A stretch of DNA of 62,850 nt, the filler included, from Nemertoderma westbladi (taxonomy: Eukaryota; Animalia; Xenacoelomorpha), in NCBI GenBank assembly GCA_032718475.1. It is 4 parts of 4 records of this genome, joined end to end, with 100 filler letters (N's around TTAATTAATTAA, not from the genome) between each part and the next. Parts side by side here need not be neighbours in the genome. Positions count along the whole stretch, not along the records: positions 52,862 to 62,850 come from JAUCBJ010000487.1; 3 more parts are not named here. One strand, given 5' to 3'. The notes under the pieces are model-generated. The model worked only from the letters and a program-made list of their open reading frames with translations, had not been told where the DNA came from and made no database searches. Position 1 is the stretch's first letter; each line of letters begins with the position of its first letter. Shown here one piece after another: positions 60,201 through 62,850 of this stretch. The translations under genes were made by a program, and so were the position numbers.

Positions 60201-62850
60201 TAAACAAAACGCCTAAAGACGTAAGTAAATTCAAGTCTCAAACCAATGACAGGAGAGAACAGGTAAGAAAAACTCCTCCTACGTCTCCTAAGAGAATTCA
60301 TGTGAGAAAGCCCGAGGAAAGAACGAGTGTACACAACGTTACTCTGAATAAGGTAAGTAACATCAAACCGAAATGTGCGCTGTGTGACGGGCCCCATCGA
60401 TTAAATGTGTGTGATGAATTCCTAAAGAAATCATTAAAGGATAGACGTGAAGTCATGTGGGATAAGCGGTTGTGTCATAATTGCCTCAGGCACGGACACC
60501 AACGGCGAACCTGTTACTCCGATGCAAGGTGTGCCAAGTGTGGCACCAAGCATCATATCTTGTTGCACACTGAATTCGAACGAAACAGCCCGAGTCAGGT
60601 AAGTGAGTCCGAACTACATGTCCAATTCAGTGATGTGAACGACACTGACCAAAGTTCTGAGATGGAAGGATTCTATACGGACGAATTCTCCGACGAAGGC
60701 AAATCCTGTTACTTAATAAATACCGCAGTGTATCGAGCACTTACGTATGAAAAGGACACCGATAGTGAGTCCCCCCTAACTACTCCCGATCGACAACCAT
60801 CTTGGAAAGCACCAACTTCCAATGTAGGAATCCGGGAATTTCCCGTAGTGCAGTTGAGAGTCCACGGTCCTGACAAAAGTTATATAGTGAACGCCCTTCT
60901 TGACTCCGGCAGCACAGGAACATTCATCGACAAAGAACTAGCCGAAGACATATTTGCTGGACAACCCAAGTTCCGAACTAAGTTAAACATGTCAGGAATT
61001 ATGCAAGTTTGGAAATCTACAGTAATTGCCGATTACTATGTAGGAGCATTGTCCACCCCCCAGGATGAACTAGGAGAACACAGCATAAGGTCAGTAAAAA
61101 TGGTGGCAATAAAGAACTTCGCTACCAGCCAAGAGGAACCTTATAACTGGGACGAGGATGATTGTACCCAGCAGCTGAAGATACCTAGATTCAACAGGGA
61201 CTACCCTGGAGTGCAAATACTCATTGGCCAAAATGCGCATGAGGCGCTTGAGACATTGGAGAAACGGCCTGCTCAACCGCAACCACTACAAGTCTATGCG
61301 GGAAGAACTAGAGTAGGTTGGTACTTTACTGGCCCTTTCCGTAGAACTCTCATGGAAAGACTACCCAAAGAGCGGGTCTACCAAGTAAGTGAATGGGAAG
61401 TGGAGAGCAGTGAGGTGGACGATCCAACTGAGGGAACACCATACTCCTCAGATAATGACAATATATACCACCCCTTTGATGAGGAGAATACCATCGACCT
61501 CATTACGGAAAATGAAACTTGGCAAAATCAAGTGAACCTATGTCAACTCATTCGTCCATCAGGACAAGTCAACTATAATGATGAGCTGAATGACGTAGTA
61601 GATCGCTACAACGCGAGAACTCGAGATGAACACCCCGTACGATTCTTTACTCAAGAGGCTGTAGAGCACAACTCCTACGATAAGTCCCTCTAGAAGAAAG
61701 AGCCAAGCAGATCCAAGAGACAACTACGTGTTTTCTTAAAGATCAAGGTAGATATGAAATCGGTCTACCATTTCGAAAACGGGAACCTAAATTCATAAAC
61801 AACCGACCCTTGGCGGAGAAAAGAATTGCGCAGTTACATCGACGCCTTACGGCAAACGCTTCAGCTAAAGAAATGTATAAGACTCAGTTGAAGAAATTTA
61901 TTAGCAAAGGATACGCGGAGCGAGTACCGGAAGAAACACCCATAACTGAAAGGACGTACTATCTAACACATCATTACGTTCCAAAACCCGGTAAACCCCA
62001 TGAAGTCCGTGTGGTGTTTGATGGCTCCGCCCTCTACATGGGCCAATCACTTAATTCCGAGTTATTACCAGGACCCAACTTACTCCAATCCTTGTTGGGA
62101 ATACTCTTAAGATTAAGACAATATTCAATCGCTTTCGCCTCCGATATAGAAGGCATGTTCTTACAAGTCAAGGCGCTGGATAGAGATCGAGACAGCCTAC
62201 GATTTTTGTGGTGGCCTGAAGGAGACCTCAACCAGAAACCGCTGGAGTACTGGATGACCATCCAGGCTTTTGGGATCATCTCAAGCCCTTCAAACGCCTG
62301 CTCAGTAGTGCGAACCACTGCTGATGACAACCGGGACGCCTTCTCAAATGAGGTGATAGACAACATCAAACAGGATATATACATGGACGATAATTTAAAG
62401 TCCCTCCCATCAGTGGAAGAAGCCATTGACGTCGCCAAAGGGATGGTAGAGTGCTTGAAAAGAGGTGGATTTCGATTGACTAAATTCACCAACAACTCCC
62501 GTGAGTTTCTGGAATCGATTCCGGTAGAAGACCGAGGAGCGAAAGACCTAGACTTAATCAAAGACAATCTTCCAGAAACCAAAACTCTTGGTTTGAAATG
62601 GGACACGGAGAGAGATATCCTGTTTTTTCAGCTAAAACAGCGAGATAATCCAGTTTGGACTAAACGGATTTGTTTAAGTATCCTGAGCACTTATTTCGAT
62701 CCATTGGGATTTATTAGCCCGGTTATATTGATTGCTTGGAGTTTAGTACAACAGATGTGGCTTGAAAACCACTCATGGTGTAAAAGCTTTTGTGGGATAA
62801 CTGATTCGTTTGCCTTGTTGGCCAGTTCCCCCCAGTCGCTAAGAATACTC
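57244..62850 (+). mobile_element. BEL/Pao LTR retrotransposon gag-pol, decayed, runs off the window
   Basis: Gag KFNGDEMKW...EKLRFLIECLEG, three Cys/His knuckles (CALC, CHNC, CAKC), protease ALLDSGS, RT VRVVFDGS, DIEGMFLQV, YMDD, FDPLG. Several stops and frameshifts. The LTR could not be delimited. Confidence 0.92.

Overview
AT-rich, transposon-dense animal (probably invertebrate) genomic DNA. It consists of four contigs joined by artificial N-TTAATTAATTAA-N spacers (about 21802-21902, 43368-43467 and 52762-52861). Most of it is nested mobile DNA: RTE and CR1/L2-type LINEs, a tRNA-derived SINE, piggyBac, Sola2, MULE-like and Helentron/HINE-like elements, a divergent Helitron-type Rep, an intact Penelope RT-GIY-YIG ORF, a solo LTR and a decayed BEL/Pao element. 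There are also many satellites and a few probable host exons. The most striking signal is two unrelated hammerhead-ribozyme elements. (1) A TSD-flanked array of 671-bp units (18598-21037) whose hammerhead has its three strands in a non-circularly permuted, pseudoknotted order, with the cleavage strand inside loop II and an extra 11-bp helix. (2) An inverted pair of minimal type I hammerheads bracketed by Pol III A/B boxes (15911-16208). All calls were made by eye and no database searches were run.
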